DNA of 64,000 nucleotides from Octopus vulgaris (Eukaryota): NCBI GenBank assembly GCA_951406725.2, contig OX597815.1, positions 64,852,001 to 64,916,000 of the forward strand, read 5' to 3'. Shown piece by piece: positions 40,750 to 55,668 of this stretch (position 1 is its first letter; each line of letters starts with the position of its first letter). The notes under the pieces were generated by a model. It saw only the letters and a program-made list of their open reading frames with translations, ran no database searches and was not told where the DNA came from. The position numbers and the translations under genes were made by a program.

Positions 40750-41215
40750 GTTCTGCCTAAACAAGACCTCCAGCAATTTAACCGGTCCCCCTGTCCAGCG
40801 TCCCACGACGTTATTGGACGACATGGACCTGCCTCTCCAGGTTCTGAGCTGCAGGCCCACTGACTTTTCTTGTTTAATTTTTACTCCTGTCACCGCCTCG
40901 TATTCTTTTAGAGCAGTGCCGACCAGGTCTATGTGCCTGCTGTTTGACAGTACGATGGTAACGTCGTCTGCATATGCTGACACAGTTCTCCCATGTCCTA
41001 GTTCGCGCAGGATTCCTGTCAATGCCTCCAGTTTCCGTAGTAATGGCTCAAGAGCCAGTACATACAGAAGACGCGGGGGACACCTTTGGCGGACCAAACA
41101 CAGGATGTTGAATGGTTTCGATAGGTAACCATTCACCCGAACACCCGAGGACTGTGGCTGTAAATTGCAGCGATCCAACCACGGAAAACGGGACCGAAAC
41201 CGGCTGCCGTGAGAA
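40750..41215 (-). mobile_element. Tx1-clade RT fragment
   Basis: LLYVLALEPLL, AYADDVT, QEKSVGL. Confidence 0.8.
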
Positions 41216-41421
41216 CGGCTGTTAAGTATTGGTTGGTTTCCCCAATCATGCTTTACATCGTACAGAGAGAGAGGAAGGGTAAGTAAAAACAAGACAGGGG
41301 ATGAGAGCACATGCAAAGCTTAGTAGCAGGCAATGAGTAAATGAACGCTACACACACAGGGATAATGAAAGAATCATAGACACAGAAGGAGGAGGAGAAG
41401 GAGAGTGTATATACATAGATA

Positions 41422-41464
<43 letters not shown>

Positions 41465-41813
41465 CATACATACATACATACATACATACATACATACATA
41501 CATACATACATACATACATACATACAACACACACACACACACACCAACACACGCATATATACATACATATATCCAACTCAAATCTAAGGCCTATCGTTTG
41601 GCATGATTTCTCCTCGGATTTTCACCTAGGGAGCTGCTAACTGACATTATCTTTTACGAAGGATTTTATTAATTCTTCGATCAAGTAAATACCAAACACA
41701 ATTATCTTTCACTCTGGACATTCCTTGATTTCTCGAAGTGGTAACTAATAATTTCCGCGATTGAAGATATTCTACATTACTATGATTTTTCTTTTTGTCT
41801 TTTTCTTTTTTTA

Positions 41814-41859
<46 letters not shown>

Positions 41860-42129
41860 ATGACGGAATATATAGCTTACATGGAATTCTTTATCCAATA
41901 ACATATGAGCCACCTGCTTACCTATTCTAGAAATAACTATAATAAGAGAAATAATAGTGACAAGTAATCGAAAATGCATCACTGGCATCTAATTGTAAGG
42001 AGTCTGTTTTTGACATCACGACACTCGCTTGAATTTCGAATAAAGCAGCAAAGTAAAGAAATACATATGCTGAATGATTTACCTTATAAAATGTCGACAA
42101 ATTGAGGAAAATAGAAAAGACGAACTTAC

Positions 42130-42178
42130 CTGTAGTTAGGAAACAACCTAGAAAAAGCACTAAAAGATGCTGGAACAT
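42130..42178 (-). CDS. sPLA2 gene A, coding exon 1 (signal peptide MFQHLLVLFLGCFLTT)
   Basis: ATG at 42178, hydrophobic 16 codons + 1 nt, perfect donor CAG|gtaagt. An acceptor ttttacag precedes 42239, implying an upstream non-coding exon. Phase 1 joins in frame to exon 2. Confidence 0.8.
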
Positions 42179-42999
42179 TATGGCCACTGCTATGGTGATG
42201 CAATGAATATGTTAATCGGTGAAATCGAATGGTAAAGAACTGTAAAATACAAAAAATGGGATTAGTCAAACTATGAGCGTAAACAGATTAACACAGGCTT
42301 TCGTTAAATGAATCTTTCATGAAATGAAACTCTAAACACCACTAAACTCATTGGGTAAGAATGTTGCATTAACGAACATACTTTAAGCTTGGTAAACTGA
42401 AAAGGTCGTAAAGCAGTTAGTAAAATGTGATTTTCCCTTTTCTGTAATAATTCTTTGGTGAAAACATGCTCTAACTTTTTTTATACGAAATTTTTTCGGT
42501 AAAATGTGATTTTCTTTTTATTTCAAACGCTTTTTTAAAAAACATACGCTAATATTTTTACAGTTATACTTTTGTATGAAAACATTTTAGGTAAAAACGT
42601 ATCCCCAATTTCAAAAGGTCGTCTTTTATGGGGTACTGGGTAAGAATGTTTTGCAATTCAGGTGTTAATTTATTTTGGAGAAAAAAGTCGAATAATGAAT
42701 TTTTAAACAAGCTGCAAAGGATTAAAGTACATAGTGATTTCTCTACGCTTATACTAATCATGATCTTAGAAGAATAGAAGGATGTAACAATGTATATCTT
42801 AAGTTACTGATATAGTGTTTAATAACGGTTATAAATATACTTTCATTATATAAACGGTGAAGTTTATTTGTCTAAGTGCAGATAAAATGGTTTGTCGTTA
42901 ATAATACTTTATCATTAATAACGCATATATTATAGTGACAATAATCTTTTTAAACAAATTAAGGTTATTCTGATGGGTGGTAACTATAGCCCTTTATTA

Positions 43000-43059
<60 letters not shown>

Positions 43060-43064
<5 letters not shown>

Positions 43065-44688
43065 TGGATGCTGCAGATACATCGACATTTTTTAATATTT
43101 GCTTGCGGAAATGTGTCCGGAAGGTCTCGAAGTTGATACAAGTGGTGAATTACCAGATGAGGCTGACAATTCAGGTGACAAGGTGGTTAGTGTAACTAAA
43201 GAAATTATGATTAATATTTATAATATAATTGATAAGTTTAGTTTTTGTATTGCATTCTCACCTTGGGCACAAAGTAGAATTCCTTTGAGTGTAGGGTATG
43301 TGTTTTCCAGTCAAGTTATTAGGTTCAGTAGAAATATAAATAAGATCGGAATGTTTTGTGATAGACTTCAGAAGTAAACGAATCGTATAGAAAAACAAGA
43401 AAATGGTAGTTAAATGTTGATTAAACTGTTGCTTCGAGAGACAGGAGCTTTGGAAAAAATATAGAATGATCTCTAGTTTTCAACTGAGCAAAACTTTACA
43501 GAATGATTTAGTTTTACTTACTGCTGAAAGTCAAACCGGAGCTTTGCAATTTGTGAGTAAGTTGTCATATATTGTTTTGTATCATTGTGTACAACGTCAA
43601 TTCCTCTTGAAAGTAGGAAGGGTCTTCCGCTGATAGAATGCTAGCAGTACTTTAACTTCAGACAGTAATGATGTGAAGATGTAGGTCGGTGCTTTCATTA
43701 ATTTCTTTTCGTATGTGGTGTTATTTTATTTTAAATAAGAAATACTTTCTTTATGATTTGTTGTTTTTGTTATTTTCTTAATATTTATAGGTTTAAAGTG
43801 AAAATATTTGCTTAAATACTTTTTACAATTAAGTTTATTCAATAGTTACATATTTCTTTTGAATTATTCCCAGGTCGTTGGCAGTTAATGCCTTATGGTT
43901 AAATGATATGTTATTCAGTTAGTTTACATTTATATCGTTTTCATTTTAATATTTTCATTGCGATTTGGATGTTCTTGTAAAACTTATACGATATCATTTA
44001 TAAGATGTTAATGAGAAATTATTCGTTTGTTTTATTTCCTATAATTAGATTTATATTCAACCGATATTCATCTATACCGGTTTGTTTCTATCTCGAATGG
44101 TTTGGCAATGATCGGATCCTACTGGTTAAATGGTTAAAGAGACATGGTGATGTTCTAGTCTACATTCGGTTCGTTTTTAGTGTGTTTTTGTGTTTGGAAT
44201 GTGTTATGGATTATAGATCAACAATGCATACTGGTCTATGTTCTTTAATTAATCTATATGTTTCAAGTCCTAGATTAAATATTCCTTGGATTATTATTAT
44301 TTACTATACGGTGGTTCATAAATTTTTGCCCAATGCATTCAGTTCGATAGTACGTTTTAGTTCTATAATTTTTGAGGTAACAACGTTCTTTTGGGAGATA
44401 TTTATTTGTTTTATTGGTGCTATTTTTTTTTTTGTAATATTATTGTAATAATAATAAGTAAGTGTAGATGTAATGGATATACTCGACTAAGATATTTCGC
44501 TCCTGTTACTTGTTTATTAACTATATTTCTAACGCTAGCAACATCACTGAATTGAATAATACTGCCCGGTTGTCAAAAACGATAATGTCCTTTAAGCAAC
44601 CGATGATGGGAATTTTTTGTTTGATATACTTGTTATCTTTGAATATTATACCTTGTGGTTTCGTTGTTCAGAGTTGTCCCTAATTCTC

Positions 44689-44690
<2 letters not shown>
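43060..44690 (-). mobile_element. Probable highly degraded Penelope-like element between (TA)n arrays
   Basis: Weak similarity to PLE RT N-terminal motifs and a decayed hammerhead-like end near 44600. Confidence 0.35.
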
Positions 44691-44733
<43 letters not shown>

Positions 44734-44876
44734 GCCGCTAAGCATTTTGTCCGGCAACCTAATAATTCTGCCAGCTCGCCGCCTTATTGTATTTTATAAA
44801 TGTCAATATACATACTCAATTCCGTAATATGAGTGCTTGGTTTCTCTGTACTCGTGATTTTTAATCACGCACACAC

Positions 44877-44932
<56 letters not shown>

Positions 44933-45087
44933 ATATACATACACATATATATATATATATAGATACATATATATAGATATACAATGTATGTGTGTGTATA
45001 TGTGTGTGTGTGTACATATATATATGTATACATACATACATACATACATACATACATACATACATACATACACATACATACATACAT

Positions 45088-46300
45088 ATGGCAGTCCGAA
45101 CTCCCCACATTTGTAGTGCTGATTCCAATATTTGAAATAACTGACTGGTCTGTGCAGGAAATTCACCCCATAGACATTAAGACACACAAGATCCTGCAAT
45201 CAAATGGAGATTTCCACGGAAACAGAGATACTAACAGGTTCTACATAAAAAGATATGAAGGAGATAGAAGTTTGAGATCAGTACAGACAGCTTTATAATG
45301 TCTTTAGTGTAGTCTCTCTCAGAGAGAACCTAAACAAGCGAAGAGAATGACATACTATGTGTCGGTAGTGAACTCCTCAAGAAGCATTCTTTCATACAAC
45401 CCCCATAACAGCCTTACAAATATAACTCAAAAGATGACTTGAATGTGAAACGATCAGCATACCAAAAAAAAAGGGAGAGAGAAGACAATAATATCGACAT
45501 AAAGTACAGCCTCTCTTCGACTCGTGACCGCTAATCACATAACAATTCGAAAGCTATGTGTCTGCAATCCAGATAGGGGATAGCTGCAAAATACTCAATA
45601 AACAAAACGATCAGTGAAGCCTTTGGAGCGCCAAGATGCAATCGGAAATGTGGATTATGTCATATTTCTGTGATCAGTAGTTATCCAAAAATGTCATTAA
45701 AGTACGGCTTCCCTATGCGATTCGAAAATAATACTGTCCTGGAATAAAGAAAGAGAACCTCATCCCTGTTACTGAATACATCAACACAAAGAGTATTGGT
45801 GCAATATGCAATAATCCCATCAAAAATTTTATCAATTGTAGATAACAGACCGAATATTATTGTTTGAGACAGACAAGAAAAAGTATGTACCGTCACGGAG
45901 GTCAGCTATCCTGCTGATGTGAATATCTCTTTGAAAATCAAAGATAAAGAGGAGAGCTACGAGCAATTTCTTCGAAAACTCTAGCTTCTCTATCCAGTTT
46001 ATAAATTCATATCCATACCAATAATAATTGGTGCACATGGCTTAGTTAAGCGACAATCTGGAAAAGCTGGGGTTTTCAGAGAGAAAAAATCAAATAGCTA
46101 ATTTGCACATTACACAAATATAAAATGTAAGCGGAACAGTATAAGTTTGCAAGATTTTCTCAAGTTCAAAATGTTGATTTATTTTTGTAATCGACTTGCC
46201 AACAACGGTGCATTGTATCTTTGTTAGAAACCAGCTCCTTCCTTACAGGGATATTTTAAATAATTAAAAATAGAATAGAACATGCCTTTATTCATACACA
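45088..46300 (+). mobile_element. R4/Dong-like LINE fragment, CATA-associated family
   Basis: Begins right after (TACA)n, contains a NRPNIIV..VTEVSYP endonuclease region, and ends with the family 3' UTR running into catac repeats. Confidence 0.7.
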
Positions 46301-46341
46301 CATGCATACATGCATACATACATACAAACATAGACAGACAG

Positions 46342-46378
<37 letters not shown>

Positions 46379-46408
46379 AGATGAGTAAGCATATATAGAC
46401 AGACAGAC

Positions 46409-46531
<123 letters not shown>

Positions 46532-46537
46532 TAGATG

Positions 46538-46571
<34 letters not shown>

Positions 46572-46620
46572 TAGATGGACAGACAGACAGACAGACAGAC
46601 AGACAGATAGATAGATAGAT

Positions 46621-47637
46621 ACATAAGTTTCTTTATTGGCCACACAGGGCTGCACAAAGACGGGACAAATTACAAGGTAGAGCTTTTCTTTTGGGGGATG
46701 AAAAAAAAAAAGTGGCGTAGGTTTTCGATCAAAAGGGATCGTAAAAGGGGAAAAAGAAAAAAAAGGAAAAGAAACAAAAGAAAAGAAAAAAGAAAAAAGA
46801 GGAAAAAAGGGGAAGAGGAAAAAAACGATCAACAGGGATCGTGTATCACAGTATCATGATGTACGGTGTAAAGGGGGAAGCAGATAAGGTTTACCCGTGG
46901 GAAGAAAAGCCTACGAAAAAGACCACGGTAACCTCGGTCAATATTGTTATATGTTACCACATTTGTTTGCAAGTGGGTAACCCTGTTTTCAATTTCTGGG
47001 TTCATAGGATTATGCTCAAGGTGGCTTCGTCATTCATACGTGCCATTCTTGCTACATTCAGCCATCTTTTTTTAAACATTCGCTTGACAAAACTTGCCTC
47101 TCTACTCTCACTTTCCTTTGCAAGTGGTACTTGTAAATGTTGATGAGAGATTGACCAGAGAGGTAAGTGTTTGTCTCCATTCCTTTCAGACGCGTCCACC
47201 AGATACATTCTTTCGCCATAGCCACAAGGATGATGAAAATAGCTCTTCCTTCCCGTTTGAAGGAAGGAGACGTGACAATATTGACGATAGACTCAGCTGA
47301 TAAACCGACTCTTCCCACACGTGACAGCAGTTGTTCGACATAAGCCCACAGCTCGGAAATTGTTGGACACTGCACGAGTGCGTGCAGAACGGTTTCGTCG
47401 CTCTGACCGCATCTCGGAAAGGTCGGCCCCGTGTTTCTCGAGCCGTGTCTGTAGAGCTTATCCCGAACGGGTAGCGCTTCTCGGTAGCACTGCCAGGTCA
47501 GGGATCTCTGGAAGTTGTCCATGGGCCCTGGCCCGGAAGTCATCCCGAACAGGCGGGTCAGGTATTCCTCGTCGACGTCCAGGTTCGCCCCGAGCTCGTC
47601 GTCGTACCTCCCCTCCACTAATCCCCTATAGAATGCT
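46621..47637 (-). mobile_element. Tx1-clade LINE 3' portion with 3'UTR, embedded in (GATA/GACA)n
   Basis: 186-aa ORF with EALPVRDKLYRHG and zf-RVT; AATAAA just before (TATC)n; (TATC)n also at the 5' junction. Confidence 0.88.
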
Positions 47638-47741
<104 letters not shown>

Positions 47742-47754
47742 TATATATATATAT

Positions 47755-47831
<77 letters not shown>

Positions 47832-48257
47832 TAGATATACACAAAGTTAAATATGTTATGGTTTCGAATCCATAAAGCGCTTAGCTTTATAGACGACTCG
47901 TCAGATTCTATTGGTTGAGGGCATGTAACTTCTCATCAAACTAGAAAACCGTTACGGTCGGTTGATTTGTAAACAAAAGAACTATTAGACACTAAAAGAA
48001 TAATTAGACACAAATAATAAGGCACTAAAAAAGAATTACTCTCCCCAGACGATAAAATAGTTCGGCACTTTTTGAGCCCTAAACGGGACTAGTTATCTCC
48101 CTTAGACCGGTCCAGTTAGCAAATCTTATTGACCTAAAGAGCAATCAGGGTAACTCCGTCCTCCGACTGGTTCCAATCTGTCATTACCTTTTACAACTCT
48201 AATCGACAAACGGGGATAAGCATGGCTGCAGCTAGTAGCGTTTGAAATGGGGGCAGG

Positions 48258-48334
<77 letters not shown>

Positions 48335-48609
48335 GAGAGAAAGAGAGCACTTTGCTCTCATGTGTTTATTTCCTCCTTGCCTGAGGTTACCGCGATCTTT
48401 TCTGTAGGTTTTTCTTTCTACGGATGAACCTAATCTTGTTTCTTACCTTTTAAAAAAAATTTCTTTCTGTGATACACGATCCCTTTTGATCGAATTTTAC
48501 ATTTGTTTCCATTTTTTCCTTTTTCATTTCCGTTCTTCGAAAAGAAAAACTCTACATTTGTATTTGTCCCCTCTGTGTTCAGCCCCGTGTAGCCAATAAC
48601 GAAAGTTAT

Positions 48610-48717
<108 letters not shown>

Positions 48718-48907
48718 AAACATTCATCTGCCACTTCGATGTGACTACTCGCTTTACTGTTTAGTATACGTTACTACTCTATCTCATCTTGAGATTTTAT
48801 AATTATACGTACATGATATAACACACACATACATACATACATACATACATACATACATACATACATACATACATACATACATACATACATACATACATAC
48901 ATACATA

Positions 48908-50390
48908 GGGGCTAATACAGTTTCGCACCTCTCCTTGAAAAATGCGTTCTTTTTTAAAAGTTGTTTTCAGATTCCTACGTTTTAGATATTGGAGATCACG
49001 AATATGCAAACCCACCCCCAAACCACCACCACTCCCCACTTCCATTTAAAATTTTTAACTTTTCGAAATTTTTTCCCCCTATGTTTTAGATGATGGAGAT
49101 TCCGTATATTCAAGAAACCACGTGCGTATAAAGAGATAGACACAGATAGAACAAATTACAAGGTAGAGCTTTTCTTTTGAAGGTTTAAAAAAAAAAAATA
49201 CCACGGTAAACATTCACCCAAAGTGTTTGTCTCCAATCCTTTCAGACGCGTCCACCAGATACATTCTTTCGCCATCCCAAGGATGATGAACGTTTGAAGG
49301 AGGAGGCGCTTAGACTCAGGTAGCACGTGACAGCAGTTGTTCGACACAAGCCAGTTGGATGCACGAGTCGTGGAAGCTCTGTCCAGGTCGGCCCCGTGGA
49401 GCCGTGTCTGGCTTATCCCGAAAGTCGTCGGTAGCCTGCCAGGCCAGGGATCTCTGGAAGGTCCGGGCCCTGGCCCGAAAGTCGTCCTGAACAGGCGGGT
49501 CCCCTCGTCGACGTCCAGGTTCGCCCCGAGCTCGTCGTCGTACCTCCCCTCCACTAAACCCCTATAGAATGCTTTGGTTGTGTTGAGGTCACTCAAGGTC
49601 GACCCAGGACGGCAGAGTTGCTTGAGAGCAACGCGACACTCGCGGTGCCATTCGCCCTTCTTCGGCCTCTTTTTGATCCACGACTGCAGTTCGGTCATGG
49701 AGACGAGCTGCGGGAAAGCGTGCCTCACAAACGGCGACCACACCTGTTCACCGTCGTCTACATAGAGCCAGAGATGTCGCAGTCTCAGCGCGTGTCTGCG
49801 CATCATCAACCACGGCATGCCCAGCCCTCCTTTTAACGGGTGTTGACAGCAAATGGATCGCCTGACCATTGTAGTTTGGTGATGGTAGGGTCGGGACAAG
49901 GTACGACGGTCAGGCGGTAGTAGATGACGGACGCGATGTACGTGTTCGCCACCTCCGCCCGACCTTTTGGGGACAGTTTCCTCTCGGCCCATTGCCGTGC
50001 GAGAGTGACCACCCTACTCGTTATCTCGTTCCAGTTCTTCTCCACTTGGAGGTCCGGACCAAACCAGACCCCGAGCAACTCAACCGGGCCGTCGGTCCAG
50101 CGTCCCACGACGGAGGCGCTGGTGGACGGCATGGGCTTGCTTCTCCAGGTGCCGAGTCGCAAGCCCACTGACTTTTCCCGGTTGATTTTTGCTCCTTTCA
50201 CCGCTTCGTAGTTTTTCAGTGTCTCGCCGACCTGCTCGATGTGCTCGTGGCTAGACACTATGACGGTGACGTCGTCCGCGTATGCAGACACGCTCGTCCC
50301 GCATCCCAGTTCTCGCGGGATGCCTCTCAAGGTTGCCAGCTTCCGCAATAATGGCTCGAGAGTCAATACGTATAGAAGCGACGAGAGGGG

Positions 50391-50487
<97 letters not shown>

Positions 50488-51041
50488 TGAATGTCTTCCT
50501 GTGGCTAAAAACAAAAGTAACACCGTCTTCTATAGGACCGCCACATTTAGTTGACAAATATATGTTTTGAATCAACGGACAGCGATAAATAGACTGACAG
50601 ACAACTAAATAAATGGATGAAAAAGTTCGAAATTTTAAATTGGGAGAGGGGTGAAATTTGAACCCTTTATTAAACTTTATAACATTAATTATTAAATATT
50701 AATGTTTGTTTCTCATAAAATGGCTCACATGGAGATGTGGTGTATATTAAATTTACATTATTTTATTATTTACGATTATTTAAGGCAAACACAAGTAAAA
50801 ACGCAAATTCTTTTCACTTTAATGTTTTTGTCTGTATGTAATTTCGATTTGCATATATTCGTCAATTCACTACGATCTCTTTAAAGTAAACAAAATCAAC
50901 ATTTTAAATAGGGGTGGGGATGAAATAAAAAATTTCTTTTTTTGTATATTCGTAATCTCCGACATTTAAAATGTAGGAATCCGAAAAATGTTTTTCAAAC
51001 AAATGCATTTTCAAGGAGAGGTGCGAAACTGCATTAGCCCC
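48908..51041. mobile_element. Non-autonomous DNA transposon with long TIRs (over 100 bp), interrupted by a Tx1 copy
   Basis: GGGGCTAATACAGTTTCGCACCTCTCCTTGAAAA at 48908 and its reverse complement ending at 51041; CATA on both flanks. Confidence 0.75.
49150..50390 (-). mobile_element. Tx1-clade LINE, 5'-truncated, abutting (GATA)n
   Basis: LEPLLRKL, AYADDVT, REKSVGLRLG; (TATC)n directly at the 5' junction; 3' part carries many deletions. Confidence 0.88.
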
Positions 51042-51176
51042 CATACATACATACTCTGTTGTTGATGTTGAAATTCCAATGAAGGAGCCTTGGATCTAGG
51101 TTAGAAACCGGCTCTTTCTCTATTGGCAGGAAATCTTGAAATAAAACTGAACAATGACATACATATACATTCTTAC

Positions 51177-51207
<31 letters not shown>

Positions 51208-51529
51208 CATACATACATACATGCATGCATACATGCACACATACATACATACATACATACATACATACATACATACATACATACATACATACATGCACGC
51301 ATGTCTACATACATACATACATACACATACAGCCACATATATACATTCATACATTCATGCATACATATACACACACATACATACACACATACATATACAT
51401 TCTTACATACATACAAACATACATACATATATACATACACACATACGTACATGTACATACATACATACATACATACATACATACATACATACATACATAC
51501 ATACATACATACATACATACATACATACT

Positions 51530-52370
51530 TGATGCACAAAAGGGATAGAGATGCAGGAAAAGCAGTAAAATGTGACAACCGATGTAGACTTTGTGGAGAA
51601 AACACCGAAGATATCATCCACATCATAAGCAGTTGTCCGAAAACGTCATCACGGTATTACCTACCGATGAGATGTGATGTTGTAGCTAGGACACTCAATA
51701 ATGAAATCCGTCGGAAGCGTAAATCCAAGGACAAAGAAATAAGAACCAACAGTAGAAGCCATGGCCACTAATAATAAAAAGGAGTACTGGTGGAATGTCC
51801 CAATGAAGACCTCAATAAAATGTAAGCACAACAGACCTGATATAATGATTTGGGATAGAGAAGAGAAGCAGTTCTCAGTTGAGGAAATTAGTATATAAAG
51901 TTAAAGATCAGTGAAAAGGATAATACCTACGCTGAACTATTGAGAAATCTACAGTTACTCTTTCCAGATTACAAGTTCAGGTTTATACCTGTAATTATAG
52001 GGACCCTGAGATATGTAACACAATGCCTAAATACCAATCTTGAGAAATCAGGCTTCTCAAAACCAGCAAAGAGAAAGCTAATTCGAAGACTACAGATCCA
52101 ATCCATCACTGGAACTGTCAAAATTTATAAAATTTTCCAGAAGTTTAAACTTAAATATATATGAGCATGCCTAGATAGGCAACTATATGCATGAGAATAC
52201 ACACATGAAGCAAAACATACAAATCTGCACATATACATACATACCAACAAAAACACCCTGTTGTTGATGTTGAAATTGCAATGAAGGAGCCTTGAATTTA
52301 GGTTAGAAACCGGCTCTTTCTCTATTGGCAAGTAATATTGAAATAAAACTAAACAATGACATACATAGGT
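51530..52370 (+). mobile_element. R4/Dong-like LINE 3' part, CATA-associated (extra 3'UTR copy at 51045-51180)
   Basis: CRLCGENTEDIIHIISSCP, HNRPDIMIWD, FIPVIIG; (CATA)n upstream and degenerate CATA repeats downstream. Confidence 0.8.
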
Positions 52371-52848
52371 ACTTGCATACATGCATGCAAGCATGCATGC
52401 ATGCAAGCAGACATACATGCACACACATACACACAAGCATACATATATACGGACATACATACATACATTTTTATAACATTTCTCAAAACCAACAAGTAAC
52501 CAACTCAAACTGACCTGTTGCTATTATCGTTGTTGTATATTCTCTTCGTCTTTCGCCTATTCACCTCTCACGGAAGCTACTCCAAATAATAAATTTAACA
52601 TGTTAGTTACACTTAATTTATAAAACAACCAAATCACAAACATTCAAAACAAATTATATAACATATCTCATTAACATATTGTTGTTGTCGCTGCTGTTGT
52701 TGTTGTCGTTTCTGTTATCATTATAGCTGGTAGGTTTTTCTTCCTCGCTTCAAAGATAAGAAATATTTGCAACTCTTTTAACGCCGTATTCTCTTTTTTC
52801 ATTCTTCTTTCTTTCACTCTCTCTCTCTATCTCTCTTTCTTTCCTTCT

Positions 52849-52932
<84 letters not shown>

Positions 52933-53160
52933 TACACACTCACAAATAAACACACACTCACCGCCTATAATTTACAGCAATACTACAATTATTATCTTTT
53001 ATCATTACATACATCCCCGCTATCGTTCCGTGCATCCTCCGACTCTCACCGCCAGAAACTTGGCTAATATATACCCAGCATCTCCAATTCACTGTTATAC
53101 AAGCAGTACACACTCTATACTACACCATACACACACCAGAACCATATTGACATTCTAAAT

Positions 53161-53414
53161 CAGTAGTTCTCAACCAGGGCCGATATGGCTCTTGGGGTTC
53201 CATATTACATTTTATTGTTAAAATTATCTGAAACATTGTGGTTATACTTTTCCATTACGCAAAATATTGTAAGAATTATTTATATGCAATTCCTAATTAT
53301 ATTGAATTATAAAAATATATGATTTTTTATATATCAAATGGCTAGAAGGGTCCACCTGAGCAAAATAGGACCGCAAGGAGGGGACAAGAGGTAAAAAATA
53401 GTTGAGCAACACTG
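53161..53414. mobile_element. hAT/Charlie-like MITE
   Basis: TIRs cagtagttctcaac / gttgagcaacactg; degenerate 8-bp target ttctaaat / ttctggac. Confidence 0.7.
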
Positions 53415-53657
53415 TTCTGGACTATATACATACACGTACACATACATACGTGCGCGTGCGTGTGTGTGTGTATGTTATGTGTGCATGAGTATAACTGCTT
53501 GTTTCTATGTCAATACTTTTTGTAGAATAAAGTTCATCAAACTTTTACAAAAAAGAATTGAGAGAGAGAGCGAGAGAGAGAGACAGAGACAGCTAGTCAG
53601 ACATGCATATTCATATATAGACGCGTATATACATGCATACATACATAAATACATACA

Positions 53658-53690
<33 letters not shown>

Positions 53691-54153
53691 CATTGGTTAA
53701 ACTGGCAACATGACCATCCCCAAATACAACAATATATATAAAATTGTATATATTATAATATATTATATTATATTATATTATATTATATTATATTATATTA
53801 CATTTTTCTGGATGAACATACTTCTTCCGTTTAAGGCACTATTCCCTAGGTTTCCAAGGTTTTTTTTATCATACTTTATTTAAGGGATTCCTATCATTTC
53901 CGTTTGAACATATATAAATAAAAATCATTAGAAGAATCAATTTATTAGACGGAGTCCAATAAATGTCACCAAATAAATGGAACAGGTTTTGATACTAATA
54001 TGATAATTTATTTATTTAATTTAACCAGACAGCTGTTTCAGTCGCAAAAGACCATATTTCGGGTATACAATATATATATATATATATATAATAATTTAAT
54101 AAATAGAATATATGCATACATACATACATATATATGTACGTACCTACATCTAC

Positions 54154-54259
<106 letters not shown>

Positions 54260-54847
54260 GAGCACAGGACACCACAAATAGACGTAGAACTCAACGAGAA
54301 ACGAAAACATAAAAACAAACATGGAAACGGACTTTTTTTTAACAACGAAAAAACAGAGTACAAGATAAACAACACAAGGAATATTCCCCTTCATCAGCTG
54401 TCCCTGGTTCGACTCCATGCGTGTTTCGAAGGTAAGGACAGAACACGACCCGACGAACAATTCCTTCCTGCAAAAGAATTAAATAAAATTCCTTTGCAGA
54501 GGGGTAAAAACAAGGAAAGAAAAAAATGTGACAAGAACAGGACGTAAAAGCAATACAAATAAAAATACAAATAAAAATACAAATACAAAAAAATACAGTA
54601 CACATAAAGAATAAAAACAGGACAAGGAAACCAACATTGAGGGCCTTTTTTTAAGCCTAGACGATGGAAAAATTCAGAGTGCAAGTTGTGTTGACTTGTA
54701 GAAGGCTACGAGTGAAAGGAAGTTGGTCGACTCGGCAGAGAGAGAGATGAGGAGGAGTGAGAGAGAGAGAGAGAGAGAGAGAGGAAAGGAAAATTATTGT
54801 ATGACTGAGCGCCCTCGCATCGTTTCGTTTCTTTTCTTTTCTCCAGG

Positions 54848-54892
<45 letters not shown>

Positions 54893-55293
54893 TAGGGCCG
54901 ATGTAATCGACTTACCCCCACCCTCGAAATGTCTGGCCTTGTGCCAAAATTTGAAATCAATATTTGTGCTAATGTGAAAAAACTTATTGGTAGTAGTACG
55001 ATTTCCAAAAAACGGGTAGTAATCGTCGCCACAGACGGAAGATCCATTATGATTTCTAATATAGATACATTGCAATAAAGCTAACTCTGAACAATAAAGC
55101 ACGTAACGAATAGACCGAAATACTGCGACGTAATTTTTCCACCAGCCACCACGATAATGATTATAACATTCTAAGCTTCTACACATTTCAGCAAACATAC
55201 ATACATGCACGTGTGTGTGTGTAATATAATATAATATAATCCTCTAATGTGTACTTAATGTTTAATTAAACCTTTATGTCTAACTATTGTTCT

Positions 55294-55338
<45 letters not shown>

Positions 55339-55556
55339 TCGGAATTAAGACTGGAATTCATCGTGTTGTAGAGTACAATATTGATTTACAGAAAACATTA
55401 TGGGAGATTCCACATAACAATGGACCATAAGTGGTGATAAATTATTTAATAGAACAACAAAAATGAACAATTGGAATTTTGACATATAAACAATGAAAAT
55501 TCTTCGTTGGCACCATATCGGCTCCCCCACTTATTTCTCTCTATTTCCCTTTCTTT

Positions 55557-55668
<112 letters not shown>

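Noticed and set aside
44005-44448. 147-aa hydrophobic plus-strand ORF
   Set aside because: Antisense of an A-rich decayed element; no recognisable domain or splice structure.
54385-54440. GAAAC...CTGATGA arrangement on the minus strand resembling a type II hammerhead
   Set aside because: Stems I and III cannot be paired convincingly in this copy.
54848-55210. ORF with ECYNHYRGGWWKNY, resembling a fibrinogen-domain motif
   Set aside because: No further FReD motifs or convincing splice sites; the ORF runs from a repeat through a SINE fragment into (TA)n.
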